From: an uncultured Flavobacteriales bacterium
GTDB lineage: Bacteria; Bacteroidota; Bacteroidia; Flavobacteriales_G; Salibacteraceae
DNA: 64,000 nt
Reading direction: 5' to 3'
NCBI GenBank assembly: GCA_913020435.1
Contig: CAJVZZ010000001.1
Coordinates: forward strand, 108,105 to 172,104
Shown here: positions 54,717-63,997 of the stretch, one piece after another
Layout of the letters: each line of letters opens with the position of its first letter
Position numbering within the stretch: position 1 is the stretch's first letter
Position numbers and translations under genes: made by a program
The notes under the pieces: model-generated
The model's input: the letters and a program-made list of their open reading frames with translations, nothing else
Database searches by the model: none
Told to the model about the DNA's origin: nothing

Positions 54717-54932
54717 ACCAATTCCTAATTCAACTGCTGCTTGAATTCCTGAAAAGACAGAGAAAACTAGTATCTAAGTTATCTTTTACTTCCGATATTA
54801 GTTACTTTTTTTTTCATTTTGAGTGTTTTAAATTTTGATAACTCAGAGGTAGATAAGTGTTTAGAAATGTTCTTTAATCATTTCGCCGAAGATTGAATCT
54901 ATTTCGCAGATGCTGCTTTGGTTATAAGGCAG

Positions 54933-56162
54933 TTAATAACGCATTATGTTGTCTCCCAGTTTAATGAAATACAACGCTTGATTTTGTTGACTCATATAAA
55001 TATTCAATACATACAATCCAGGTGAAAGGTATTCCAGGGTTAATTCATCAATAGAGACATTATCATAAATTTTTTCTCCAATAGAGTTTATTAAAGTGAA
55101 CCGTTCAGTGCCAACAGCACCTTCAATATTCAATTGACCATGAGTTGGATTTGGGTAAATTCTATAGTTTAATGTATGTTGTTCTTTTATGCCTAAAATA
55201 TTTGAACATGAAGCATGAATGGAGTCTTTTGAGAAGAAGTCAGTGCAATTATCACAAATAATACTTCTGAAAAAGCAGCTTGCACGTGAGGCTCGGAATA
55301 CCGTTCCAGAAGTGCTAAAGTAGATCCCATGTCCTCCTTGATTGTCAACTGTAAAGTCAGTACAAATTGTATTCTGTGATAGTAGGTAATGAATCGATCG
55401 TGATCCTAATAACAATGTTGCTGAGTCTATTGTAACGATAGAGTCTAACAACCCATGAAAAGCTATTTGTGGAAGTAATTCATCGATTTTAATCGATTGT
55501 TTTGGAACAGCACCCCAGTTGTTGAAAATAGCTTGAATAGTGAAGGAATTGGTCAATTTATTCGAAGAAGTATCTAAACTACCAAGTGCTCCCTCAATTC
55601 CAGGGTAAATGGATTCCCATGCTCTATGGTCAGAATATGCAACATTATTGGCTGTAACGGCACCTGCACTAGTTCCACCAATAAATATCCAGTTAGGATC
55701 TACCTGATAAATACTTTGATTATTGATAAGATACCTAAGAGCAGCATTTGCATCTTGCTGTGCGCGGTACATCGCCAATAATTGACCATTGGTATTTATA
55801 CTGCTCCAACCTAATCGATAACTGATACTTACGGCTATAAAACCACGTTTTGCAAAAGCAATACATTCTCCCCTTCGTTGTATTTTATTTCCAGAATGGA
55901 ATCCACCACCATGAATCATTAAAACCAATGGCTTTTTTGTCAAGGAATCAACTAGAGGATTGGGATAATACACATCAAAAAGCAAGGTTTCTTTATTTCC
56001 TTGATAATTGAAAGCCGACCCGTAGGTAACATCTTTCAGTATACTAATTTCAGAATTACTAAAATATTCAACTTCAGTAAATCGATCTCCGAGATTACAA
56101 TATTGAGCAGAAACTATACTGTTTAAAAGTAGAAAAAGAAACGTTGATATTGACTTGATCAT
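54933..56162 (-). CDS. Alpha/beta-hydrolase (carboxylesterase/lipase-type) with T9SS C-terminal sorting domain
   Basis: Oxyanion HGGGF, nucleophile elbow GGTSAGA (GxSxG), a signal peptide and a CTD (YRIYPNPTHGQLNIEG...GLYVLNIYM). Confidence 0.7.
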   Translation of the reverse strand: MIKSISTFLFLLLNSIVSAQYCNLGDRFTEVEYFSNSEISILKDVTYGSAFNYQGNKETLLFDVYYPNPLVDSLTKKPLVLMIHGGGFHSGNKIQRRGECIAFAKRGFIAVSISYRLGWSSINTNGQLLAMYRAQQDANAALRYLINNQSIYQVDPNWIFIGGTSAGAVTANNVAYSDHRAWESIYPGIEGALGSLDTSSNKLTNSFTIQAIFNNWGAVPKQSIKIDELLPQIAFHGLLDSIVTIDSATLLLGSRSIHYLLSQNTICTDFTVDNQGGHGIYFSTSGTVFRASRASCFFRSIICDNCTDFFSKDSIHASCSNILGIKEQHTLNYRIYPNPTHGQLNIEGAVGTERFTLINSIGEKIYDNVSIDELTLEYLSPGLYVLNIYMSQQNQALYFIKLGDNIMRY

Positions 56163-56192
56163 TTTTACTTAGATAAAGCTAGAGAAAGGAGA

Positions 56193-57224
56193 TTACTCTT
56201 GCACTATCCTAAATCCGAAATGATTGTTTCCTCTATTTTCAAAATCAGACGCTCTCGCATAAGTTAATAAAGTGGCAGAATGGTAGTTCCAAGAACCTCC
56301 ACGTCTTACTCTTTTAGAATCTGTTCCAGAAGCAGTATTAAGCGGGTCAGAACTAACAGAATAGAATGAAGCATCGTAATAGTCTAGACACCATTCCCAT
56401 ACATTTCCCCCCATATCATATAAACCGTATGGATTCGCAGCATAAGAACCAACTTTAACTGAATGCCCGTCTGCATCATGAACTCCTGGAGTATCTCCAT
56501 TATAGTTTGCTTTGGTATCCGATATAGTTCCGTCGTCTGTAGGATATTCAAATTTTTCCCCACCTCTTGCAGCATATTCCCACTGTGCTTCTGTAGGTAG
56601 TTTTACAGCATAATATTCAGTAAATGCAAAGGCACCATACCATTTTACCCAGTTCACTGGCCAATCTGATTTTTCTGAGTCAAGTAACTCAAAAGTACTA
56701 TTGGAGCTGTTAAATGAAATCCAGCTTTTATTGTCAATATGTTCTGCAGATCCGTCACTGGTGCAACCTCCTGTTTCTCCCAATTGTAAGAATACTTGTC
56801 CTGAATTTGGTGCATCACCAGCTCCTATAACCATGTTTTCGGTAGATGTTCCACAAGGATCTGTTGCTGACTGCGCTGAGACAGTAATCCAGCCATCAGC
56901 ATATGCCTTATTTAAGAAGTCAATATATTCCTGATTGGTAATTTCCTTTACCGATATTTTAAATGCTTTAAGTGTTACTTCAACAGTTGGCGCATCTGAG
57001 GCTTGAGTAGAGCCTCCCATAGCGAAAGTTCCTGCTGGAATATCTTTTAAAATAATTCTTGTCGGGAGTTCGGAGTCTCCAGTTGTTGCTTCAGTAGTGG
57101 TAACTGTGGTAACTGTAGTTGCAGCTTCAGGCTCAACTTCTTCTTCCTTTTTACAAGAAACGAAAATTAGTAATGCACAGATTGTAATAGTGATAGGTGA
57201 GAATGTTTTCATAATCTTAAACAT
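56193..57224 (-). CDS. FGE-sulfatase (SUMF1) fold lipoprotein lacking the FGE catalytic cysteine pair
   Basis: Lipobox (IFVSCKKEEE), a Thr-rich linker, and FGE-fold blocks (GGNVWEWCLDYY, RVRRGGSWNY). The segment after GGSW reads NYHSATLLTYARAS and has no Cys, so it is probably not a true formylglycine-generating enzyme. Confidence 0.7.
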   Translation of the reverse strand: MFKIMKTFSPITITICALLIFVSCKKEEEVEPEAATTVTTVTTTEATTGDSELPTRIILKDIPAGTFAMGGSTQASDAPTVEVTLKAFKISVKEITNQEYIDFLNKAYADGWITVSAQSATDPCGTSTENMVIGAGDAPNSGQVFLQLGETGGCTSDGSAEHIDNKSWISFNSSNSTFELLDSEKSDWPVNWVKWYGAFAFTEYYAVKLPTEAQWEYAARGGEKFEYPTDDGTISDTKANYNGDTPGVHDADGHSVKVGSYAANPYGLYDMGGNVWEWCLDYYDASFYSVSSDPLNTASGTDSKRVRRGGSWNYHSATLLTYARASDFENRGNNHFGFRIVQE

Positions 57225-57572
57225 AGTTTAAACTTCGATTTTGTGTTTTGTTGTGTTTAAGCTTGCTGTGTTTGCATAGAAAATAGGAGTGCTTCTTTTT
57301 CAATAATAGCTGAAGGTATCGATTCATGAAATTAACATTATTTTTATAGTGCTGTACCTGACAAATAACCCAATATTATTTTGGATAAATGAGCCTCTTT
57401 TCAAAAAATTCTATTGAGGGAGTCACTAATAATTATTGTTTTTTTAGCACTGTTCAATTTTATTATCCAATGCTTGCCTTAATTCTTGATGAATCAATTT
57501 CCTATCTTGGAAAAATCTAAAGTACGTCACAAACGAAAATCTGAGATTGCGTTTCCTTAAAAAGGTGCAGAG

Positions 57573-57920
57573 CTATTTTTTCGCCAATGTATAGAAAGTC
57601 ATTCTTTTCCTCGACTTAATCATCTTTCCATCTTTCGATATTTTCCATTTGGAATGAAAAGAAAGCTCAGAATTGTAATCCTTAAGAATTACTTGACCAT
57701 TTTGTAATTCCCAATTGCCTCTAACATTAATCGGTTTATTAGAGTTCGAAAAATCTTGATAACTAAAGGTGCTATCAACATTTAAAACCAATTCAATTTG
57801 TGTTGGATCATTATCCGAAACCCCATAGGTTCCGATAACGTTTACTTCTTGTTTATCGGAGAAGGAGGAAAGTATTAACACTAAACTTAAGATCCATAAA
57901 GTTTGAAGAGTTTTTGTCAT
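57573..57920 (-). CDS. Hypothetical small secreted protein
   Basis: 115-aa ORF with an N-terminal signal-like helix (LWILSLVLILSSFS). No recognisable domain. Confidence 0.4.
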   Translation of the reverse strand: MTKTLQTLWILSLVLILSSFSDKQEVNVIGTYGVSDNDPTQIELVLNVDSTFSYQDFSNSNKPINVRGNWELQNGQVILKDYNSELSFHSKWKISKDGKMIKSRKRMTFYTLAKK

Positions 57921-58400
57921 AATCGTTTGTTTTTATCGTGGTTAATTCTAGTTCATAAAAGTAACCAATACAAATGTCTCAATTATTATTTCTTCACGAA
58001 TTACTTCTTAGCTTTGAGTGATAAATTCGATAAAGAATATTCAATGGAAGTGTTTTCTAAATTCAAATCAAGGGCATTGATGTTAAGATCAATAATTTTT
58101 AAGGTTGGAGACTTACAGTCGATTTATAGGATCAGTTGATTTTGCCATGGCTAGGATTTAATGGAATAGTGAGTTCGTTTCTAAGGTTATTTTCATTAAC
58201 TAAATATTTATAAGTCACTTTTGCTTTCTGTGATAGAAACCTAAATTATAATCCTCACAACAACTTAAACCACAAACTGGATATCCAACACACCCAAAAT
58301 CATCTACTAATTTTCATGGAAATATAAATTTTTCACATTCGATATTTTCAATTACTAAATATTTGTGGTCATTGCAAGCAAATATCTCGTTGCTAGAATT

Positions 58401-58440
58401 GGCAAAAAAAAGCCCTTTAAGGTTTCTCTAAAAGGGCTTT
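58401..58440 (-). terminator. Rho-independent terminator downstream of the YHYH gene
   Basis: The minus strand reads AAAGCCCTTT-12 nt loop-AAAGGGCTTT followed by T8. It begins about 24 nt after the stop at 58464. Confidence 0.7.
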
Positions 58441-58463
58441 TACATTTATGTTGTGGAAGGCTA

Positions 58464-59837
58464 TTACTTCTGAATAACGACTTTTTGAGTGGTTACAGCT
58501 GTGCCAGAATTAATACGCAATACGTAAGTTCCGTTGTACAGGGTTTGTGTGTCTATATACCAAATGGTAGATCCTTGTTTTATTTGAGAAGAACGTACAA
58601 CCGAACCCTCCATATCAATCAAGTCAATATTTATATTTGATTTTACTAGTCCTCCAGCTTGAATAGCAATAAAATTTTGAGCAGGATTTGGAAATACACT
58701 AAAGCTTGGAATTACTGAATTAATATTAATCGAAGTAGTGGTGTCTGTATTATCAGTTACCTCTGTCGAATAAACGTCAGTAGTTTCTGTCACAGCATTC
58801 ACTTTAGAGGCAGTTACATTGCCATAAAAGGTGGGTCCAACAGCATATGGATATGAAGAGTTCCAATTAGCATCAACGGTTGCGAAATAAGCATAAATGC
58901 CATTAGGATATTCTGGAGTAACAGAAAACCGTCCGTTATGCTGATCTAAATCTCCGTTTGCTGAGTTGTATTCGTAATCTTCGCGGTAGTGACCAATTGG
59001 ATATCTAACATTTACGGCAGGACCATCAGTTACATTAGAACCATCTGAATAATGGGTTCGGACGGCAATACTTCTCAATTTATAAGAAGATTCTATTCTT
59101 GCAACTCCACCAGTACCGTCAACATTTGCATAGCCATATGCACCATATATGGGAAAGCCGTCGTATGCAAAACCAATAAGTGGAGAATGACTATTTGCAT
59201 CGATAGCGTATAAACCATCGGCGTCATAAAGGTTACAAATATTAGATATTACGTTTTTATCCAATTTAAATGCTGAAGGGTTTTGGTGATGGTGATAGTT
59301 ACCTCTTGCAGGGTGACCTTTTGAGCAATCAAAACCATCCATTTCTGCTGGTACGGCATCTCTGTTCCAAACACCATCGCCTCGACCGCCAACGGGTCCA
59401 CCTTGATCTGTTGCAGCGCTTAGGCTATACGACACCCCATCTCTGTAGTCAAAAAGAGCAACACCATTAATGAAAACACCTATGTTACCTCCATTTGTTG
59501 AAGTAGATGTACCCATATTCTGAGCTGGGTTCAATGGGAATTTGAAAATTGCATTTTGAGCAGTTGCAAAAGATGGGTTTCTATCTAAAAATGGACCTGT
59601 AGCATATGCTGGAATTCCATTAGTATGGACATAAACACTACTAGCGGAGTATTCTACCTTTTGAACGTTGGCTAAATCATTATCTTGAATTACTGTAGAA
59701 TTCCCAGACACGTAATGGCTACCTTTTATACTGTCATTTTGTAACCATTCAAGGATTGCAGGGTTTGTTTGAGCAAAAAGAAGATTGCCCATTAAAGTGA
59801 TTGTGGTAAAGAATAGTATTTTTTTCATGGTGTTCAT
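58464..59837 (-). CDS. YHYH-domain secreted protein with T9SS C-terminal sorting domain
   Basis: Signal peptide, a YHYH-type motif region (DCSKGHPARGNYHHHQNP) and a T9SS CTD (FSVFPNPAQNFIAIQ...GTYVLRINSGTAVTTQKVVIQK). Confidence 0.65.
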   Translation of the reverse strand: MNTMKKILFFTTITLMGNLLFAQTNPAILEWLQNDSIKGSHYVSGNSTVIQDNDLANVQKVEYSASSVYVHTNGIPAYATGPFLDRNPSFATAQNAIFKFPLNPAQNMGTSTSTNGGNIGVFINGVALFDYRDGVSYSLSAATDQGGPVGGRGDGVWNRDAVPAEMDGFDCSKGHPARGNYHHHQNPSAFKLDKNVISNICNLYDADGLYAIDANSHSPLIGFAYDGFPIYGAYGYANVDGTGGVARIESSYKLRSIAVRTHYSDGSNVTDGPAVNVRYPIGHYREDYEYNSANGDLDQHNGRFSVTPEYPNGIYAYFATVDANWNSSYPYAVGPTFYGNVTASKVNAVTETTDVYSTEVTDNTDTTTSININSVIPSFSVFPNPAQNFIAIQAGGLVKSNINIDLIDMEGSVVRSSQIKQGSTIWYIDTQTLYNGTYVLRINSGTAVTTQKVVIQK

Positions 59838-59888
59838 TGTTTTCCTAATAGACGCTTTGTATTTTTAATTCCTTCTGTCCTTATCAAA

Positions 59889-60905
59889 TTAGTTTCTTGG
59901 GAATCCATAGTCTGGGTTAAACAGAAATTCCCTGTCGGATAAAGTGAGTAGAAATGCAATTAGATCCACCTTTTCATGTTCAGTGATTTGAATAACGGGT
60001 TTGTTCTGCTGGTTTATAACATTTAATTCCTGATCAGCTCGGTAATGATTGAGCACTTCGTTCAAATTGTTGTAGCGACCATCGTGCATATATGGAAAGG
60101 AATATTGAATGTTTCTTAGTGTTGGAACTTTAAATTTGAATAAATCTTTACTCATTCGAGTAACCTGATATCTTCCTGAATCTCTGAGATTTGCATCTGG
60201 TTGCAGTCCGTTGTTCTCGAATTCAGTAGTTGTAAATAAAGGCTCTTTATGGCAGCCGTTGCAATTTTGCTGAAACAACTTATAGCCATTTGCTTCTTGT
60301 TCAGTAAACTTCAAAACACCCGCTTTTACTTTATCGTATTTAGAGTTTGCAGAAACTAGCGTTAATTGAAACTGGGCAAGGGCTAATAATAGTTGTTTCG
60401 AAGTTATTTTTTCTTCACCAAAAGCAGTTTTAAAAAGTGCAGGATAGACATCATGTTCATTAAGCTTTGGAAGCAAAGTAACTAAGTCGTTTCCCATTTC
60501 GGAAGCATGAGAAATAGGAGCAAGGGCCTGAACTTCAATATTATTTACTGCGCCATCCCACATAAATAGTTTGTTCCAAGCTAAATTTATAAGTACCGGA
60601 GCGTTTCGAGTTCCAATACTATCGTTGATTCCATGACTCAGCGCATGATCAACATGGGTAAATGCAGTAAAAGAAAGATGACAACTGGCACACGATACCA
60701 TATCATTTCGTGATAAAATAGGGTCGTAGAAAAGCTTCCGCCCTAACTTTACACGCTCTTTGTACAAAGGTTTTTTCTCAAAATCGTAATTCGGTTTTGG
60801 CCAATTTGATGGATACTTTATCTCGATTTTAGTTTGGCTCAATTCGGCTGCTCCAAATCCAAATAGAAAAATTGAAGGCAAGAGAATGAGTATCCATCTA
60901 TTCAT
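59889..60905 (-). CDS. Di-haem cytochrome c peroxidase (MauG/MbnH-like)
   Basis: Two CxxCH haem-binding motifs (CASCH, CNGCH) at the spacing typical of bacterial CCP/MauG enzymes. Signal peptide. The start overlaps the upstream gene by 8 nt. Confidence 0.8.
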   Translation of the reverse strand: MNRWILILLPSIFLFGFGAAELSQTKIEIKYPSNWPKPNYDFEKKPLYKERVKLGRKLFYDPILSRNDMVSCASCHLSFTAFTHVDHALSHGINDSIGTRNAPVLINLAWNKLFMWDGAVNNIEVQALAPISHASEMGNDLVTLLPKLNEHDVYPALFKTAFGEEKITSKQLLLALAQFQLTLVSANSKYDKVKAGVLKFTEQEANGYKLFQQNCNGCHKEPLFTTTEFENNGLQPDANLRDSGRYQVTRMSKDLFKFKVPTLRNIQYSFPYMHDGRYNNLNEVLNHYRADQELNVINQQNKPVIQITEHEKVDLIAFLLTLSDREFLFNPDYGFPRN

Positions 60906-61578
60906 TTTCTAAGGAGAAAATAGGAACAAGTAATTCGGAAAGTAGTTTAGCATTTTTTCCTGGAGACATTATGTTGTCTGGTAATTCTGCCGGTATACTT
61001 TTTAGGAACTTCTCAAGGTCAATTAAAACTACAATTTTTTTGGAAGTCAAAATATCTAATCGAATTTCTTGAACGGTTTCAAAAGGGTTTAAATAGCCGC
61101 CTAAATGATATTGAAATTCTCGATTCCCATTTTCAGTAGCATAAAAACCTTCCAGTTTAAAATTTATGTACCCACTTTGCCATGTCCAATACATGCCGAG
61201 AGTAGGGTCTAAGTCACCGCCATATGCTCCTGAAACATTAGTAATACTGTCAACTCCAAGTTTAAATCGAAAATCGTTTACTAATAATTCCTCTTGAAAT
61301 TCTAGCTGCAATTTTGTTGATTCGGGCTTAGCCAAGTCTATAAGATGATAGCTGCTGTCGGTTTTAACTTTTTGTTTTTTGTGATTAACTAGATGCAATG
61401 CTCCTGCATAGAATTTGAGATTAGAAATAACAACTTCGTTGCTATTAACAGTATACAAATCCGCTGAATCTAAAAACAGTTTTTGACCATTTAGAATTGG
61501 TTTGAATTCTATTGTATACTGGCAATTGGCTGAGCAGTGCAACAGGCATAAACCGATAGTAATTAGGAAATTATTCAA
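60898..61578 (-). CDS. MbnP-like periplasmic partner protein (tentative)
   Basis: 226-aa secreted beta-rich protein translationally coupled to the di-haem peroxidase. Blocks LKFYAGALHL, YHLIDLA and LGMYWTWQSGYINFKLEG resemble MbnP family proteins as I recall them. It lacks the four-Cys pattern of the originally described family. TTG start. Confidence 0.45.
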   Translation of the reverse strand: MNNFLITIGLCLLHCSANCQYTIEFKPILNGQKLFLDSADLYTVNSNEVVISNLKFYAGALHLVNHKKQKVKTDSSYHLIDLAKPESTKLQLEFQEELLVNDFRFKLGVDSITNVSGAYGGDLDPTLGMYWTWQSGYINFKLEGFYATENGNREFQYHLGGYLNPFETVQEIRLDILTSKKIVVLIDLEKFLKSIPAELPDNIMSPGKNAKLLSELLVPIFSLENE

Positions 61579-61780
61579 GACTTTAAAATTAGGATATTTA
61601 AGTTTGAAAATAGAAGACCAATAATTACTTCAGTTAATTAACGTCCAAATTTGAAAACTTCCTTTTCATTAAGATATCACTTCCAAATTGAATAGGGTAA
61701 ACTCTAAAGGTGAGGTATGGCTTCTTATACGAGCGAAAAGGATCTATATGCTTGAACGAATTAAAACAAATGAACTTACC

Positions 61781-62320
61781 TTATCCAATCATATAATTAT
61801 TCAACTCATCAATCATTCCTGCTAATAAATCTTTATTCTCTGGATCGTCCATTATTGCATCCTTAAGTTGAGTATTTACCTCTACAATTTCCTCATCTGT
61901 GGGTGCATTTTTAAAGGACTCTACAATAGTCAAACACTCTAGGGTTACCATGTAATCTGACTTGATTGCTAGGTTCACAATTTCATCTAAATATGGAAGT
62001 GCATCTAACCTAGATTGCCAGAATGTCTGCAGAATAAAAACACGAATTCCTTCATACTTTTCATCGTTTAAAGCATCTATCAGTGGCCTAGCAGCATCTT
62101 GGTCCTTAAGGTCGTTAAGTAAGCTAACTACTGTACTAAAAACAGTGTCGTTTTCAGTGGCGGATAACAAATCCAATAAAGGAACGATTAACTGAGGGTG
62201 ACCGTTTTCGCGTAGTTTTTTTATGGCTTTAACTGTTTTTTCCTCGTCGTTCGAAGCGAACACTTTTCTTAATGTTTCTTCCTGTTTTGCTAATTGCACC
62301 TTTGATTTTACCACTTTCAT
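61781..62320 (-). CDS. HEAT-repeat-like hypothetical protein
   Basis: 179-aa all-helical ORF with repeated A..AL..L...D.. patterns (AIKKLRENGHPQLIVPLLDLL, AARPLIDALND). Confidence 0.45.
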   Translation of the reverse strand: MKVVKSKVQLAKQEETLRKVFASNDEEKTVKAIKKLRENGHPQLIVPLLDLLSATENDTVFSTVVSLLNDLKDQDAARPLIDALNDEKYEGIRVFILQTFWQSRLDALPYLDEIVNLAIKSDYMVTLECLTIVESFKNAPTDEEIVEVNTQLKDAIMDDPENKDLLAGMIDELNNYMIG

Positions 62321-62979
62321 TAATTATAATTTCTTGAACCAAAAATTGCACTTCCTATACGCACCATATTACTGCCACAAACCATGGCCATAGGATAATC
62401 TCCACTCATACCCATACTTAGTTGTATGAGATTCGAGTTCAATGCTTTTTGTTCGTCAAAAAAGGTTTTGAGTATTGTGAATTCTTCTCTAATTTGTTCT
62501 TGATCTTCTGTGTTAGAGGCCATTCCCATAAGGCCAACAACTCTTACGTTTGGAAATTCGTCAGCTTTCAATGCTGCGAGTAAATCCGTTGCTTCAGGAT
62601 AGGGCAGACCAAATTTGGTTTCTTCCTTTGCTATTCGCAATTGAACCAAAATGTTTATTGTTCTTTCGCATTGGCCTGCTCTTTTCTGAATTTCTTTTGT
62701 CAGTTTTCGACTGTCAACAGCATGAATCAGATTTACAAATGGAGCGATGTATTTTACTTTGTTGGTTTGGAGATGTCCGATTAAATGCCAGTTGATATCT
62801 TGCGGAAGAGCTTCGTATTTATCGCAAAGTTCTTGAACTTTATTTTCACCGAAATCACGATGTCCAATTTCATAAGCTTCTTGAATTGATTCAATAGGCT
62901 TAGTTTTAGAAACTGCTACTAGGGTTACTCGCGTGCTAAGGCTCTTCTGTATTTTTTTGAGGTTATCTGAAATGCTCAT
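62320..62979 (-). CDS. yggS: YggS family pyridoxal-phosphate homeostasis protein
   Basis: LVAVSKTKP (PLP lysine) and RDFGENKVQE motifs. 219 aa. Confidence 0.85.
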   Translation of the reverse strand: MSISDNLKKIQKSLSTRVTLVAVSKTKPIESIQEAYEIGHRDFGENKVQELCDKYEALPQDINWHLIGHLQTNKVKYIAPFVNLIHAVDSRKLTKEIQKRAGQCERTINILVQLRIAKEETKFGLPYPEATDLLAALKADEFPNVRVVGLMGMASNTEDQEQIREEFTILKTFFDEQKALNSNLIQLSMGMSGDYPMAMVCGSNMVRIGSAIFGSRNYN

Positions 62980-62993
62980 ACTACTTTTTATGC

Positions 62994-63467
62994 TTATCGG
63001 ATTCTATTCAAACTTTTAATCAGTTTTTCGTCTTTTTTTATTCCTCGAAGTGCTAATACCAAGAAAACAACTGCAGCTATTGGCAGAAAGCTAGCAAACG
63101 TATAGTTCACCTGTGGTAGAGTTCCCTCAAGAATGCCAGCGGGTAAGGTTGAAATAGCAAAGAATACCAAACCTACACTCGCTAATTGAGCAATTATGGC
63201 TAAGGTTACGAGTTGTATTTGAACACTTCTTTTTTTGAAGTTAAATACTGCGGAAATGGAAAGTAGAATACTAAAGAAGACGACAGCGCTCAAACTCATA
63301 TTCGGTGCTTCAAAAAGTACTTCGCTGGTGTCCTGATAATACAGTCCCATTACCTTCATGAGATAGACATTGTCATTCACCTCAAAATTTGCAAAGCTTA
63401 AAAAAGCAAATAGAAAGGTTAGGATTACGGAAACAAGCAAATAAGCGGATTGAATTCGTTGAATCAT
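62994..63467 (-). CDS. DUF4293-like membrane protein
   Basis: Start moved to ATG 63465-63467 (MIQRIQSAYLLVSVILTFLF), which matches the N-terminus typical of DUF4293 as I remember it. Four TM helices. Confidence 0.55.
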   Translation of the reverse strand: MIQRIQSAYLLVSVILTFLFAFLSFANFEVNDNVYLMKVMGLYYQDTSEVLFEAPNMSLSAVVFFSILLSISAVFNFKKRSVQIQLVTLAIIAQLASVGLVFFAISTLPAGILEGTLPQVNYTFASFLPIAAVVFLVLALRGIKKDEKLIKSLNRIR

Positions 63468-63610
63468 AATAAAATTTTGCTGCAAAAATATACTTCTCGA
63501 TACATTTAGACTTCTTTACTATTCTTAAAACAATAGAAGTGACAGACTATTTTCTCAATTTGAGTGATTCGACTCAAAGAAATGGAAACGAATTTTAGAG
63601 AGAAACTTTG

Positions 63611-63997
63611 TTAAGCTCTTACCTTGCTTGAACGAAAACGATTTTTAACCATTTTAAACCAGCCTAATCGGTCGGAGTTTCTGTAGAATAACCAAACTAT
63701 AATAGGAAGGTAAAACTCATTAAGATTTTGAGGCAGTACCACCCAAAAAAGTAGGCATAAGAGTAAAGTTAAATTAACACCATGCATTATCAAATTCAAA
63801 AACTTGACTTTGGGCGCAATGAGATAGGCAATTCCAAAAGGGAAGTATAATGGCATAGCCCAAAGAATATTCCAGTTTGGACGTGTTCCATTATGATCGG
63901 TAATGAACCATAAAAAGAAAATTAGGCATCCAGTCAGACCAACTATAGTGTAAAGCAAGCCATCAAAAGTACCAATCAAGAAACGAACTTTAGTCAT
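63611..63997 (-). CDS. Hypothetical membrane protein (start at or beyond the window edge)
   Basis: 128-aa ORF with 3-4 TM helices. The ATG at 63995-63997 is 3 nt from the window end, so the true N-terminus cannot be judged. Confidence 0.35.
   Translation of the reverse strand: MTKVRFLIGTFDGLLYTIVGLTGCLIFFLWFITDHNGTRPNWNILWAMPLYFPFGIAYLIAPKVKFLNLIMHGVNLTLLLCLLFWVVLPQNLNEFYLPIIVWLFYRNSDRLGWFKMVKNRFRSSKVRA

Noticed and set aside
57243-57273. Three copies of TGTGTTT (AAACACA on the coding strand) within 31 nt upstream of the FGE-like gene.
   Set aside because: A 7-mer repeated at irregular spacing (9 and 15 nt) in AT-rich DNA is weak evidence. I know of no regulator motif that matches it.
57903-58139. 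A 78-aa plus-strand ORF in the 540-nt gap between the 115-aa gene and the YHYH gene.
   Set aside because: The sequence is low-complexity and Phe/Leu/Ser/Lys-rich, with no signal or motif. It overlaps the 5' end of the convergent 57573..57920 gene. It is probably a chance ORF in AT-rich intergenic DNA.
58145-58400. A Cys-rich minus-strand frame downstream of the YHYH terminator: ANSSNEIFACNDHKYLVIENIECEKFIFP-TGA-KLVDDFGCVGYPVCGLSCCEDYNLGFYHRKQK.
   Set aside because: There is no ATG, GTG or TTG in frame on either side of the internal TGA. It lies directly after a strong terminator with no promoter-like box, and I recognise no family. It could be a relic, but the evidence is too thin to call a gene or a recoded peptide.
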